Source: Perkinsus chesapeaki ATCC PRA-425 (lineage: Eukaryota > Protista > Perkinsozoa). From it: DNA of 64,000 nucleotides. The notes beneath the pieces are model-generated. The model ran no database searches and had not been told where the DNA came from. It saw only the letters and a list, made by a program, of their open reading frames with translations. Of this stretch, positions 1-13,764 are shown one piece after another (the stretch's first letter is position 1; each line of letters opens with the position of its first letter). The translations under genes and the position numbers were made by a program. The stretch lies in the NCBI GenBank assembly GCA_013115145.1, contig JAAPAO010000042.1, positions 1 through 64,000 of the forward strand. Reading direction: 5' to 3'.

Positions 1-539
1 GAGAGGAATGTAAATGTCATTATTTTTCTCTCCCTTCTCCATTCGGTTGAATGGTTTACGGACCGTAAAAAAAGTACTCTAAATTGCTAGCTACGGCCGG
101 TTGGACGTCAAAGCGAGGAACAGTCCACTATTAGCAACCCACGACCAATAATATGGCGTAGACTTATGAGGAGTACGCGAGCCGCAGGCGCGCGAAATTC
201 TGTTGGCCGCAGCGAAAAACGTCTCGTGAATGCCACATGAAGCACCGTTGGTGAACCCTGGTGGATAATGGTAAGCCCCCGGCCCGGGGGCCCCGGGGGT
301 GGCTTCAAAATAAGCCGCGGGAAACCAACCTCCCTGCCACGCGCGTCGCCCGTTCGTACTGGCAGGAGCATGGCGCGCACAGTGTGCGCCGCACACCAAC
401 GTCTTTGTCTGCAACAGTACCCTACAGTTTTATCATTGCGTATTGTTGTACAACTGAGAACAATCCTACATAGAGCAGGCATTCGGGAATGCAATGTTTG
501 GTAGGACTGGAGCAAGTGGCCAATCTAGCCTTCTCACCG

Positions 540-604
540 ACTATCACTTTCCACAGTTTTATCACACTCACCGTGAGTGTGATAAAACTGTGGAAAGTGA
601 TAGT
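540..604. repeat. Perfect palindrome, 32-bp arms, 1-nt spacer
   Basis: 540-571 ACTATCACTTTCCACAGTTTTATCACACTCAC is the exact reverse complement of 573-604; the spacer is C572. Confidence 0.97.
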
Positions 605-765
605 GAGTGACTCACGTGACGTGGCTCACGTCCGTTTTCATACTCATCGTGCACCTGGCGCGCTGCGCCGCCTGTAGAACTCCACATGTGTGCACTGCTA
701 TTTACCCTTTCGAGTATAATTCTAAGCATCAAGTGAGCCTCATATTCCACAGATTTACATTTAAA

Positions 766-1011
766 ATGTTTATTTCTACGTTACGCTTTATCATCTACTT
801 GGAGGTATTTAATATTATTGCTCTCGGTACGAGCCCCCTCCCATTATTCGATCATGAGAGCACTCCTGCTACCCGTGTACTCAACAAGCAGTCTAACTGC
901 GACATGTGCGAATTCTGCACCAGTGGAGGTGCGATTGTCGTAGCGGCGGTTTGTCTTGCACATATGGCTAGATGTAGCACAAAAGGTAAAGTATGTGGGA
1001 AGTGCTGCTAG
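766..1011 (+). CDS. Small secreted cysteine-rich prepropeptide (81 aa, family member 1)
   Basis: ATG at 766 within the 607..1011 ORF. Hydrophobic N-terminus MFISTLRFIIYLEVFNIIALG, then RVLNKQ-SNCDMCEFC...C...C...CGKCC-stop (8 Cys). The same layout occurs at 30968-31204 and 41680-41916. Confidence 0.7.
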   Translation: MFISTLRFIIYLEVFNIIALGTSPLPLFDHESTPATRVLNKQSNCDMCEFCTSGGAIVVAAVCLAHMARCSTKGKVCGKCC

Positions 1012-1358
1012 TACCCGGTATAATGCCTAGCATAGTCGGTAAGATATTACCAGCTTATCCAGCCAAGGTTGCTTTGTCCTCTTAGCATCGCCCAGTGCAC
1101 AAGACTTCACTGACAGCCAGGTCTGCCGGTTCTCCTTAGCGATGAGGAACCTCATGTACGGAATCTCTTCATTCTCATGCTCGGAGTTACAATAGATTAT
1201 TGCAAATAGTCATTGGAAATCCAACTTTTTTATCGGATTATTCTCGAGACTTCAAGGGTATTGCGTTGACAGGGTGTTTGAAAGCGGTATCGGATTTTGC
1301 GGAAACTTTCCGCAGATAGAAATTTCCGTGTTTGAAGCCATTATCGAACTTACCTGTT

Positions 1359-1863
1359 ACGGTGTATCAGATATTGGGGTTCTGACGTTAGATCAATTTT
1401 CTGCTAAAATTAAAGAGGGAAGGTAGCTTGCTCTACGGAGTGGGCCTGGAGTCTCTTTTCGATAAAATAATTCCCACCTCGGCGCTCCCCAAGAGTCCCG
1501 GGTCTCCAAAATTTGAGCTCCAAGCTGATAGAGTCCGTTTCGTACGGAGCGAGTCGTAGCGACGGAGCGTTATGATACACCATCGGCTCGATGGCATCTC
1601 TGGCCATAATCCCTGAGTGCACTTATCTGTGATGAATGTTCTCCCTGACTGCTGATTGAAGACTTTAATGTCGTAATAGCGCGGAGACCAGTCTCCTCTT
1701 TCCATGTCCACGTGACTGATAGGCGACTGTCTACGCCAAACTTTCGCTTTTAAACATAGTAGTGTAACACAACTTGTGTTGGAAGAGTGTTCACCCTCGC
1801 TGTGCAATACCTGTCCCTTCGCAGTACTCCTATTTAGGTTGTTACATTCTCTGGAGATCTACC
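1359..1863 (+). pseudogene. 5' fragment of a second methylisocitrate lyase copy (part of exon 2, intron 2, start of exon 3)
   Basis: Inverted paralogue of about 6178-6665. It encodes GVSDIGVLTLDQFSAKIKE, then an intron homologue with a lost GT donor, then VVTFSGDL, and ends at a palindromic junction. Confidence 0.85.
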
Positions 1864-2153
1864 TGGACCAGGTAACCTGGTAGACCTCCAGGGAATGGTA
1901 GACTTTACTATTTTCATGTGACGTGGATACGGGATTTAGATCAGGGGCTTATTTCAAAAGTCTCTTAAAAGAAGCATTCGTAAGCTTCTTAATGGTGAAA
2001 CGGTCAGATTTAGTTCCAGTATGTGCATAATGCATGCCAGGCTGGCAGTCCACGGATGAACGAGACTAGTTTTGGGGGACAGTTTCCTAGCTGGAGCATG
2101 AAGGCTGAATAGCCAAGACCACTTTCTTCTGGCTGGTGACTACTGCTACCAGT

Positions 2154-2573
2154 TCATGGTCGATCAGCAAAAATGAAAAACCTCCTAGGGCGTCCGAAGC
2201 CACGAAGCTTACGTACAATATCAGAGCTGCTGTCGGTCAAAAGTGACAGCCGGGACGGGCTGGAATCCAGCGAAGTCTTCAAAGGCGTTTCGCTGAGCCT
2301 TTTCTGGAGCGTCATGTCAACCTTCTTAATCAGAGCTCTGTGATTTGCCTTCTCTCGTCGGGATAGAAATCGGAGCGTAATAGTTATGATAATTGCTAAC
2401 GTCGCAACCAACAGCCAGATGCTTTCTTGGTCATTCGCGCATTCCGGAGATGTTTCTGTTCGAAGGCGCCAAACTTCATTCTGTGTTGCTTCAAACCTGC
2501 CCTTCCAGTATTCAACTTCGTCGTGTGCTGCTCTGCACAATCCCAGTATGTCTGCTATCGATGATGAATACAT
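2154..2573 (-). CDS. Hypothetical protein: short coiled coil plus one transmembrane helix
   Basis: 139-aa ATG-initiated ORF with AHDEVEYWKGRFEATQNEVWRLR followed by the hydrophobic IWLLVATLAIIITITLRFL. No family recognised. Confidence 0.4.
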   Translation of the reverse strand: MYSSSIADILGLCRAAHDEVEYWKGRFEATQNEVWRLRTETSPECANDQESIWLLVATLAIIITITLRFLSRREKANHRALIKKVDMTLQKRLSETPLKTSLDSSPSRLSLLTDSSSDIVRKLRGFGRPRRFFIFADRP

Positions 2574-3120
2574 GGCGAGGTTATTCGTAACAGTTCAACT
2601 GAAAGCTTACAAGTCGAGTCGGAGCTGTGTGCAGCAAGTTCAATTGCAGTCGAATGATGAAACCTCTCCATCGTGGAGACTCCACGGGGCTCATTTGCGA
2701 AAGTGTATTCAGCTTGCATTTAATTTGACTTCGAAGTTAAACATGACCATTCATGCCCAGGGTGGAATAGGGACCGTTACAAGCAGACTGAAACCGGCGT
2801 ACAAAACGGTGAGTAATGGCCTAGTTTGTCGAATGCTCACAAATTCTACATGTAAATTTAAAACCTACATTTATATTATAAGGCCTCTGACTCAGGTGAC
2901 CTGAGGCATAGGAGGATAAGAGAGGCTTAAAGGCAACTAACACCTTGAGATTTAGTCCCTGGAAATGAGCAGGGGCACCATCGGGCATTTGACTTTGCAA
3001 AGATTTCCCTAGCAGTCCGCTAGCCTCGTATATTTGGTCTCATTAACACTGGAACGCTTAATCTTGCTTAGGCCCATCGTGAAAATATATTAGAAGATCC
3101 TTCCATATAAAATCGCTACA

Positions 3121-3478
3121 TCATGCGCTCGGATGAACCCATTCCGTGCCAGGCTTGTATCTGTTCATAGCACATCTCAAACGACGACACAAAGCATCAC
3201 GTGCGCAGATTATGAAGTGACCGCGTTCGCCGCTTTAGGCAGCAGCATCGGCTGCCGCCCTGGCTCGATGAACTTTAGCAACCATCTCTTCTGTGGTGAC
3301 CAGAGTCTTCCCGTCCTACACAACTGAAGGGTTCGAATACTCTGGGTCTGCTGTTGTTCACCAAATGCCCGCATCTTTTGGGAAACTCCTGATCTTCAAT
3401 ATGAAGACCAGCAGCACCGGCAGCGATGTATTCTCTAACTGTTTTAGAGACCATCTCTTCTGAGCCAAAGCCCGTATT
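3121..3478 (-). pseudogene. Middle and 3' fragment of a methylisocitrate lyase copy with an internal deletion
   Basis: About 3175-3478 is a direct paralogue of about 5865-6160 (NTGFG...KRCGHL, intron, DGKTLVTTEEMV...ICA). It then jumps to the last exon (3121-3163, matching 5164-5206); exons 5-8 are missing. Confidence 0.85.
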
Positions 3479-5163
3479 CGCTGCTCTATCGTGTGCTTGG
3501 TATACACTGTGCTCACAACTGTCGTGAGCCTAAAGAAATAACGATGGTCTTCATTGTACTACAGTAGTGAAGACCATTCATTATAGATACATCTCGGTTG
3601 TGTCCTATATTGCTCCATCGGCGCAATCCTTGCTCTTGTGGCTTCGGTCACCGCCCAGACTGAAGGCTCGGTGATGGTGGTTGAGGAGTTGCAAGTCACT
3701 GTGATGTTTATTACAGTTATTTTCGGCTAACGTGCTAAAATTCAGAGTCTTCAGCCAAGGTCAGGATAGATCCCGTTCAAGTGCCACGGAAGCTGTGGGG
3801 GGGCATTACCAAAAACCCATCGGTAATTGCACCTTAGTCGGCAAGATTATTTACGATTGTCTTTGTTACGATGGGGATTACCCATTCTCAGCGGTTGTAA
3901 TGTCGCCCAGGGCGACTCGCCCTTCCGAAAGCGTTGTTACAGTAGTCATATTGAGATGGTGACAAGTTGGTCGGTGTTATGTGCGTGCCGTCATGCAGCA
4001 AGGGGCCCTGCCCCCCGTACGAATCAAGGAACACGAGCTGTTTCAGAAGAACTTGCTGCCTGCCGTGTCTCCGAGTGAGTGGGAAGATTAGAACATATTC
4101 GCGGTATGGCACTTCCCGCTCTTTAATGAACACCAATGAGAGGTTCATCAGTATTTAGGATGCAGCGTTATGTATATTGTAACAGCAGTATACTGCTTAA
4201 GGTCAGTGCAAGCTACCACAGACAGTACTCCTGTAAGCTGTAATATCTTGCACTATGCCTCAGTGTTTACATTGCTATACTTGACATAATTTCTTTCACA
4301 ATCCTAAATTATTATGTATCCAATAACCTATGGCCGACGGCTATATTTGTGTGATGAGCATGTCTCGCATTATTGCCTCATTGTGGTATTATGAACCGCA
4401 GCCCGGCTGCGGCAGCCGTGTTATATAAGATTGCACTCCAGTGCTTCCACTGAATGATTGCCTCTCAGGCTCTGATTGTATGGAGTGTTTCCGTACAAGT
4501 TTCGACGATATTTGCCTCTATCCGACACACGAAAGAGTTCCTAACAGGCGCAAGCAGCTTGCGGCTCGAAACGGCCAAGCATTACGCCGACTTATTTCAA
4601 TGTTCGCCTATATAAGTCTTTGTTGTCATACCGATCATTGAGAACCTCAAGAAGTAGTCTCAATCATCGTGCTTTCGTTAGTTTATTAATATTATACAAG
4701 TAACATAGAAATGTTTGGGATGAGTAGAGTGAGGTACTCATGTCTCAACGTCTACTGTCATAGGAGCTCTGCAGTGCGCGATAACGCGCAATGAGTCAAG
4801 TGCTTTGCGCCGCCCAATAACAAATTACACCTCGCGTAGTTTCTGCTTTTCATTGCGTGCATTGCTGCAGTGCACGCGATGTGGGTGCATCTCTACAGCT
4901 AACCAACGACGTACTGTAAGGACCTCCCTATAGAGGGTTCCGATGAAAAATCTGCAACGAGGACACAAAGTGGAATCGAGAAGAAAAAGCTCCAAGTATC
5001 CGAGTTCGATGATCTTTTTCTTCCGATGATCGCCCGCTGAATGGTGTTACCTCATTAACTGTTAATGATTAACATTAGAACACTGCGCTCGATCATGGTT
5101 TGAACCGCCGTGGAATTTAAAACAAACAATTTAAAAATTCAAGATAATATCGGTACGATCCAA

Positions 5164-6881
5164 TCATGCGTTCGGATAAACCCATTCCGTGCCAGGCTTG
5201 TATCTGCTGGACGGTTGAACCACAAAGCCCTCGAACACAGCCTCACCTCAGCAAGTCGTAGAGTTCCTTTCGAGACTGCATGTTCTCCTCATGGGACTTC
5301 AATCCTTGTTCTGCTTTCAGATGACTGAGGCAATCGTCAGCAGCCTTCATTGCGCATCTTAGGGTCGAGACAGGATAAATAACACAGTCGTAACTACAAC
5401 AATACTAGCCCGGACAACTAGTGAGCATAACCTACCCGGCAGCAGCGAAATCGTCCAGTTTAATTGGGTCCGTCTTGCCGAACTCGGTCATGTTTGCCAA
5501 CATGAAGGGACCCCCTCGTGAAGACAAGTTCACTGGTCCGATTTTCTGCATGTGTTCGGCAAACCTGGTCAGCTGACATGTGTGAGAGCAAACAATGAAG
5601 AAAATTCTTAGAAGCATTTTCATTTCCAATGATTTCGACGCGGAGTTCAACAATTGAGCTAGGTATCCTCTTACATTTTGAACTCTTCTATTGTCTTAAG
5701 TCCTTCCGGGAATATCATATCTGCACCAGCTTCGACGTACTGCTCACAAAGATTGTGGTGGACAAGTCTTAAAATCCTCGTACCTTCTTGGCCCGATCGA
5801 TGGCTTCTTCGATACCGTGCGTGCTATAGGCATCTGTACCTGCAAGATGGTGAGATATTTATCCAAACGATGATACAAAGCATCACGTGCGCAGATTATG
5901 AAGTGACCGCTTTCGCCGTTGTAGGCAGCATCGGCTGCCGCCCTGGCTCGATGAACTTTAGCAACCATCTCTTCTGTGGTGACCAGAGTCTTCCCGTCCT
6001 ACACAACTGAAGGGTTCGAATACTCTGGGTCTGCTGTTGTTCACCAAATGCCCGCATCTTTTGGGAAACTCCTGATCTTCAATGTGAAGACCAGCAGCAC
6101 CGGCAGCGATGTATTCTCTAACTGTTTTAGAGACCATCTCTTCTGAGCCAAAGCCCGTATCCGCATCACATAGGAATGGTAGACCTCCAGAGAATGTAAC
6201 AACCTAAATACAAGTACTGCGAAGGGACAGGTATTGCACAGCGAAGGTGAATACTCGACCAACACAAGTTGTGTTGCACAACTGTGCTAAGGAGCGCAGC
6301 TTGGCTTAGATTGTCGCCTATCAGCAGTCACGTGGACATGGGAAGACGAGACTGGCCTCCGCGCTATTATGATAGTGAAGTCTTCAATCAGCAATCAGGG
6401 GAAGCCCTTATCGCAATATAAGTAGACTCAGTTTAATAGGTAGTGCAACAAGTGCAGTAATAATGCTCCGTCGCTCGGACTCGCTCCGTGGACTCTATCA
6501 GCTTGAACCTCAAGTTCCGGAGACACGGGACTCTTGGCGAACGCCAAGGTGCAAATCATTTTATCGAAGAGAGACTTCAGGCACACTCCGTAGACCTTGT
6601 CATCTTACCTCTTTAATCTTAGCAGTGAATTGATCCAACGTCAGAAGCCCAATATCAGGTACGCCGCTAGCTGCCGACAGTGCTCCACCAGAGACATACC
6701 CACCAAGGAATCCATGAACGGGAAGCATTCTGAGAATATATGGCCATCGGAGCTATGTCTCAATTACTCACCTCGCCACAAGACCATTGAATGCACCAGG
6801 TAGCTGCACACATTGTGACCTCATCAGCGTACGGAGCCTCCTACCAGCGCTGTTCAATGCCGAGGTGGGTGTTAGACACAT
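5164..6881 (-). CDS. prpB: 2-methylisocitrate lyase (PrpB-like, ICL/PEP mutase superfamily), 9 exons
   Basis: Manual splicing at GT-AG sites keeps frame from ATG 6881 to TGA 5164. Motifs: SAGRRLR..LPGAFNG, GVPDIG, LPFLCDADTGFG, HIEDQEFPKRCGHL, ARTDA, AGADMIFPEG, LANMTEFGKT, MQSRKELYDLL. Confidence 0.92.
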
Positions 6882-9544
6882 TAAAAAACAAATGCTGCCA
6901 AGCTGATGACGGTTTTAACTACAACTCGAAATTCTTGAAGTTAATTCAAGACGCCTGGGCAGACCCTTACCCACAGCTCTTTTTCCCGATGACTCGTCGA
7001 GACTCGAGAGAGTTTGGCAGAGGTCCATGGAGTAACTTGTCCAGTCCACAGTCGACGATCCACTTTCACTTCTCAATGTCATGAGTGTTCTCAGTGTTAT
7101 ATTCTGTTTGGTGCTCACTCTGAACTTCGCTGTTCTCTATAGCTATATAACACAATATCCAACGAGCCTTTTGATAATCATAGAATCATAACCAAAAATG
7201 TTAATTTCACTCGTTGATGGGTACATCTTAGTTGTTCTTAAACCCTTGGAAAACATAAGGTGATAAGAATTTGCCGCGCGGTGTAGAGATAAACGCACTG
7301 CGGTTACCACAGACTCATACCAAGTAACCAATACAACAGATACGCATCCAACATAACTTATCAACTGGTGTTATACAACATAATTACGCTCAGCCTTACA
7401 GACTAACTGTAGCTACGCAGCTCATACAAACAGGGACCTGTTACTTCTGGGGATAGTGTTACAGAGCAAATTTCTGGGTCACATTTACTGGGACGGTGAA
7501 TAAGGCACAGAAAGATACCTTGTCGTCCTGCGATCAGACACCCAGGTGTTAACATATTTAGCACTGGTCCAATGATAATACAGAGTAAAAGTATCGCAAC
7601 ATTACCTTCGCACTGGCAAGAATGGAATGCGTGCTACTGCCTGCGTACTGCAGGGGATAGAGGCTACTTGGACTGTTATGTGAACTAGTTGAGAAATAAC
7701 TATCATTATAGATATCCCCGACAAGAGCGTGATATGTGTATAGTGAAGAACTGGCAAGTCTGTAACAAGAAACCGTGTAAATGAGGAGCAACTGATCATC
7801 AGCTGTATGGCCAAATTGAGACGCGATTTCGCTGGATGCTGTATGAATCAGTTCGAAACGAGTACAGCGGTTAGGAAAATATAGGCCGTGGACTCCGAAT
7901 CATTCTGGAGGAAAACGCGCGTGCCAAATTGGCACTGTCATTGACAAACATCGTACCACTTTAACATACATGTAAAAACTGATAGAATTGGTAGGCGAGG
8001 AACTGCCCGGGTGATGCGTGGATCGATTGGTCGCTGATGAAGGGAAGAGCATGAAGCCTCCAAAAGAACTTCGTAGTCATGAGCGATCGGGAGTGTTAAG
8101 GGACCAAGCTGGGAGGAAAGCACCATCCGGCTACACAGAAAGTACGGGGCTCGCTACATACTGGAAGGGTGCTCCTCCCGGACCCTCCGGGCGGAGATTG
8201 CTGCGTACAGCTCGAGCTAGGCTATAAAGCACGCTTATGTTGTCAGATATCCTCACTGAGGATTCCTCAGTCATCGAACCACTCACGCTCCCCTTCAGTC
8301 ATAACCTATGACTCACAGGGTCTTCACTTGACAGCAAGGTGTAAGTGTCGAAGCTACTCCGCGTCTGCTTGACTGATAGTATCAATTCCCACTGCCAGCT
8401 TTCCAGCATTCCAACGTTAATGTTGCTGTCTACCGTCCACCTTGCCCTGGTGATCCCAATCTGCAGCCTGACTCAGTCTCCCCCTGTGATCGAACTGATG
8501 TAAGCATGGTCAGAGCAACTCATCCTGATACACAGTTCAGACCTTCCTGGACGTTCCCGCTTAATGGAAGCCTCTCAATCCGTCCTGCTATGCAGCACTA
8601 CGATAAACCCTCCGGCAGCTGCACTTACGATGGAAAGGAACTGACCAACTGTTACTGTCAGAACGGTGACACCCCATTCATCGGGCTAGTAGGATCGTTA
8701 CGTCGAGCACTGGTTCCTAATGCCCAGCTCAGATCCATGGTAAGGTCGGCGCTGCTATATGTATCCCTTCCTGTGGCAAGGGTGAATGTCCTCAATATGA
8801 CCCGTACTATTGGCAACGGAAGTGCGTAGAGGGGCAATGCTTTCTGGAATGTGTCCTGGTAAGTTGTACACCAATTACTGATGTCCCTCTATTATCAACT
8901 CTTTGTCAGACCCTTGCACCATGCGTCGTTAACACAGAGTGTTATAATGCAGGGAGTCCATATGGAAACATTTGCCTCTATCCGTTGTAGGAAGAGTTGC
9001 AGAATACATTTAGTAAACGGTCGTGGTTCGACGAGGATCTCATTCCTTTTGCCTGCTTTGGGTTCTCCGTCACCTGTCGGGTTCTCGAGTAAATGCCAAT
9101 TGGGCTCACTGAATGAGCCCAGATCCGAAAGCAACAGTCGAGGCTTAATTCAGTTGCTTAGTCAATCGATCTAGGCTTGATAATTCGCCATCTGCTGCTC
9201 CCAACAGTTCCAGAGATTATTACTAAACTCAATAAACCGAGGAACTGAGATGGCATCGTCAAAGATGATCGATGGTATTGAAATGGAACAAGGGACGATA
9301 TCTCGTCAGCAATAGTACTATACAAGGAAGTGAGTCATCTATGACAGGTTATTCGTTTAAAATCATCTGTCGGAGGTGTCTTGAACGATTGGCCACAAAA
9401 GAGAAGAAGTAACAAACAGCATCAGCAACCAGCAGTTGCTAAGCGAAAACTGCCTTAACAGGACAACGGGGATATTCTCAGGAATTTAACGACATGCTTG
9501 CCGCCGTCCACTACAAAAATCGACTGTTATTTATCCCTCGCGAT

Positions 9545-12500
9545 TTAAGTCATCGCTGGTAGCTCCCCGCGACAAGTCGGACACTCCATTTTAACCTGTT
9601 GCAAAGATTCCAACTCCATCACCACTTCCCCCACTTACGTCCATCCATTGCTCCAAACATCCAGCATGAAAGATATGGTCGCATGGTGTGATGACAGGCC
9701 GTAACTCTGGATCCTGTGTTTCCGATAGATCAATATCGTTCATGCAGATAACCTGACAACAACAGACCACCATTCAAAAATCTCCGGAAAGAATTTTCGT
9801 AAAATTTCTGGACATTCTCTACCTTCAACGTACAGACTGAACCGAGAAAGATACGCCCGTAGCGGCTAATAGGGGATATCTAGCGTCACGTTAGTGCGCT
9901 CCCCAAGGAAGGTGTTCTTCGAGGAAACCAGCAACTACTCGGCATCTAGGAATCCTAGACGTTCCACTATGGTATCCATCGAACGCTTATCGTTGATGAC
10001 ATTCTTACACATTCAGGTGCGCCGAGTTCCTCATCCTGAACAGGCGGTATGGCTCGATAATAGTTATAAACATGTGGAAGGCATATCCAAGGAACCTAAT
10101 CGATTACCAACAGTCACTGCGCCACAAAACTCATAATCCTTACGAAGGACCTCGGACCGAATTTCGCCTGAGCCCACATGATCGCAACTTGTGCCACTTG
10201 AAGGCATACAATGAGTGTTGCCTCGGCTGAGTTCGGTGCTGTCGGTAAAGCTGGATATACCTGAATCACACCACACACTGTCAAGGAGGTCTCACAGAAA
10301 CTTCTAGAATCGGACAGACCAATTATTATAATATATTGCGAACAGCTATCCGAACCTCGAAGGAAGGCTTCATCTCGGAGAACCCTTTCCTCATGACGAG
10401 CAAACGAGCGAGCAAAACTAATATCTAGCACCCTAGTAAAGCGAGCTTTATGTATTCGCTGTAGTACGTGGCACACATATGACCCGATCTGCCGCCAAAC
10501 CGAAAATCAACAACTCCAAGCCATATATCGTAAAAACTAAACTGCCCGAAGCTGCTGCCAGGCTACCACCTCCCCCCCTTATAACCTCGTTATTAAATAT
10601 AGTATAAGGGCATGCTAGTGCATATAGCGGCACTATCATCCTGGTGATCGATATCCCTATTATAAAACGCCATGATAATGGTCTTTTATGTCCCCTTATT
10701 ATATCATACACAATTTGGGGTACCTTAGAGTAGAATAAGCAGCAAAGATAAGATTCGTCTCTACTTACCCAATAACACTGCATGATAATAATAAGGACGT
10801 TGAGATACTGGTAGAAATTATACAGTATAATCATACCGATCAGCAAGGTTCCTGAACACGATAACGTCGCCCTTTCCATCATTATCATTCGACGAAATTA
10901 GCAATCCAACGCGGACTACTCTCAGACGTCCCAAAGGTCAATAAACAAGTGGTGCTGAATCGAAAACTTTAACGTCACTAAAAGTCTTTAGAGTTACATC
11001 CCAAGTCAGTTCAATTCTTAGTAATTCGTTTCGGTGTAGTTTTCGCCGAAAATGACCCCCCGGCCGGACATTTAGGCACCATTCGCTCACACCGTCTGAA
11101 AGTTTGATTCTCGATGGCCAAGAAAGTACTCCCAGCACCACGGTACCATAGACTTGTAAAAGGCGAAAATCATATTGGAAATGGAATCAGAAATCCTTTT
11201 GCACCTCTTTCTCTTGCTACCCTATCCGCACTACCGTAAAACCGAGAGTAGAGCCAACTGAGCTCTCGACGTATCGAATCCATTCCACCATCGTTAAATT
11301 GATTTTGTCGTCGACTTCGCCATACCAGCAACAGATACCGAACCTACTCGTACCGTCTGACATATCCCCCAAAAGGCACATCTCTCACCTCAAGCATGCT
11401 GAAGAGTATGAACTTGAACAACGCCACAACTGAGAATGTGTTAAACATGAACCTGGAATGAGCCAGGAAGCTGGGATGGATCAACACCAGGACGGCGATC
11501 CAATTCAAACCGAGACTTGTAATATGCTCTCAATTTCGCCAGGCGGTGGAGGACAGCATACAGGCCTCCTATTAATATCATAAATTACACCATTTCTTTA
11601 AAAAGATACTTTATTCTCAGTGTAACCAAACTGTGTCAAATGCTTTACATTTGTCTCCCTAATTTACTAAGCTCACGAAAACCGGTCTATATTTACAGCA
11701 GTACTCTCGAACCAGACTTACTGTGCGGAAAGTCCCAAAAATAAATGGATCAAAGAGTCATAAGCATCCATCAGTGCTTGTATGCCTATGCATAATAGAG
11801 ACACCTGACAGACACCACAAGGTAGAGTGGTGGGAATCCCACAAGCCACAAAGCATCTACTCCAGCAGCAAACCATCTCATCAAATAATGAATTGGAATG
11901 AACATCTTAACAACCCCTGCTAAGAGAAACATGTAAGGTGGTCAGATTTTCCTAGTGAAAGATCTCTTCGACGACTCCAAGGGAGTGGCAGGGCAACACC
12001 AGGTCTTCCCGGAATGGAGATGCTTGATATCCCTCAAACTATTAACAATCTCCTATCGGTGATATTTCCGCCCATTTCTAAGAAAACTATATATCCCCTC
12101 ACGAGACTAACCGTTTTTCGCAGCCCTAAAAATTCACAGGATTCACCAAATTTCTTTACTGCATTCAATCCTTCCCCCATATCCCACCAAACCTATTACC
12201 TTCGCATGCCCATTGTTGCTCTCGCCATGCTGCATTTGCAGTAGGAAAAAGCGTATTTGCAATATAGTAATAATCTGACAAAACCGTCACACCACCGATA
12301 TCACTATACAAAACTACATTGTTCAAGATAGAGTAGTTGATCACTTTCCGGCCCAGTTTCTTAACATCGATCTCCCGCAGGTTCATACTGACACAAAAAA
12401 CATTCTTAACATTTTTCCTTCCTTGCTCCACGGACGACATTAACGCTGCCCCCGCTGACCGCTGTTCTAGAGTCTTGATGACAATACCATGGACAGGATA

Positions 12501-13764
12501 GCGCCGGAACCGCTCCAGAAACATTCTCCTCAAAGCTTTCTGACACTGGTAACAGTTCCGATTTCACGGAACATTTAGCGGCATCACTCCGGGATGTATC
12601 GTATCAAAATTGCTCCACTCGTCACCCGTAAATCAACTACCTTATTTTAAAGCCGCAGTTATCACTAACAACCGTTCCAGTAGCAACCTTTTTGCCATCC
12701 AATACCATCACCTCACCCGCACTCATATCATCCTTCGCAGGCGTCCGAATCTACACGATTTGCAATCACCAAACTTACTCGAGAAGCGCAACTCACCGTG
12801 ATTCTTGCAGGGCCGATATCACATACCGGTTTGTTGACTCCAGCCAGTCGAAAGCGAGAAAGATCCGATCGCCCCGAAAATATCAATTCTTCCTGCGGAC
12901 CTGTTCGACCATAATGATGATGCTACGGTGAGCCATACCTATATAACCTGCACCAGGGATTCCCATCGCGAACATGTTATTCTGAAGACCGATAGCCGGT
13001 GAGAGCTGCAATTCGTGCCACTCGTTGTCGTGCTCAAAACGCAGCAGAATCTCCGACAGAGACATCTGACAGAAATAACAGTCGTCTGGAATATCTTTCA
13101 TCCGTTCTAAATTTTCGCGGTACCACAAGGAAAAGTCCTTCAGCGCACTAGACAGATTTCTTGGTGAAATTTCACGGCATCTTCGTTCCGTTAAAAATAG
13201 AAAATCAGTAACTGCATATAGTAACGAGTAGGTATTGAACTTTATAACATATTTCAAAAATCATCCATTGAAGCGATAATGTCAGTGCATTCTCGGAGTA
13301 ACAGTATCCTTACCATTTTCATTCCAGCTCCCTTGGATATCATATGAAGCTTAACTTCACCTTCAATCGTAGGTACACCCTCAGCAGCAGGAGACTGAGG
13401 CGGTCATCGAATCAACCTATAAAGTATCTTTGACTTACGTTTTCCAGAGGCGTCATTGTGTAAACTCCACGATATATAGAACTGGGTTTACCGACGTTAC
13501 TGCTGTCCAAAGCAGCTGAAAAAAACTATATACAAAATTCGAGATTTTCTAACCTGCGAAGTTGGGACCAGTGTAGTCAGCACTGTTGCTGCCTGAGGCC
13601 TCAGAATCGATCATGAGCCAGAAGCCTAGCATTAGTATGAAGCCAAGGAACACATTACTCCTGAAAGCGAAAAAGTGGTGGAATGTTTATAGGGATTATT
13701 ACCATCGCCAATGGTGTGCTGGACGATTTAGTATACCCGGTGAACCGAGTACTACTAGGGGCAT
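9545..13764 (-). CDS. Multi-pass membrane RING-H2 E3 ubiquitin ligase, TUL1/FLY1-like, multi-exon
   Basis: C-terminal CVICM...PCDHIFHAGCLEQWMDV|KMECPTCR. TM exons VSLLCIGIQALMDAY, FNTFSVVALFKFILFSMLE, CYWV|PQIVYDIIRGH. Luminal VSDNCGF. The 5' end (ATG 13764 with an N-terminal hydrophobic exon) is less certain than the 3' half. Confidence 0.8.

Noticed and set aside
91-515. Overlapping ORFs in GC-rich patches (also 26000-26780 and 46050-46770)
   Set aside because: GC-rich, stop-poor sequence with ORFs in several frames and no motifs; more likely non-coding or promoter-like.
5164-6881. Bacterial prp operon or contaminant
   Set aside because: The gene has eight GT-AG introns and no prpC/prpD neighbours.
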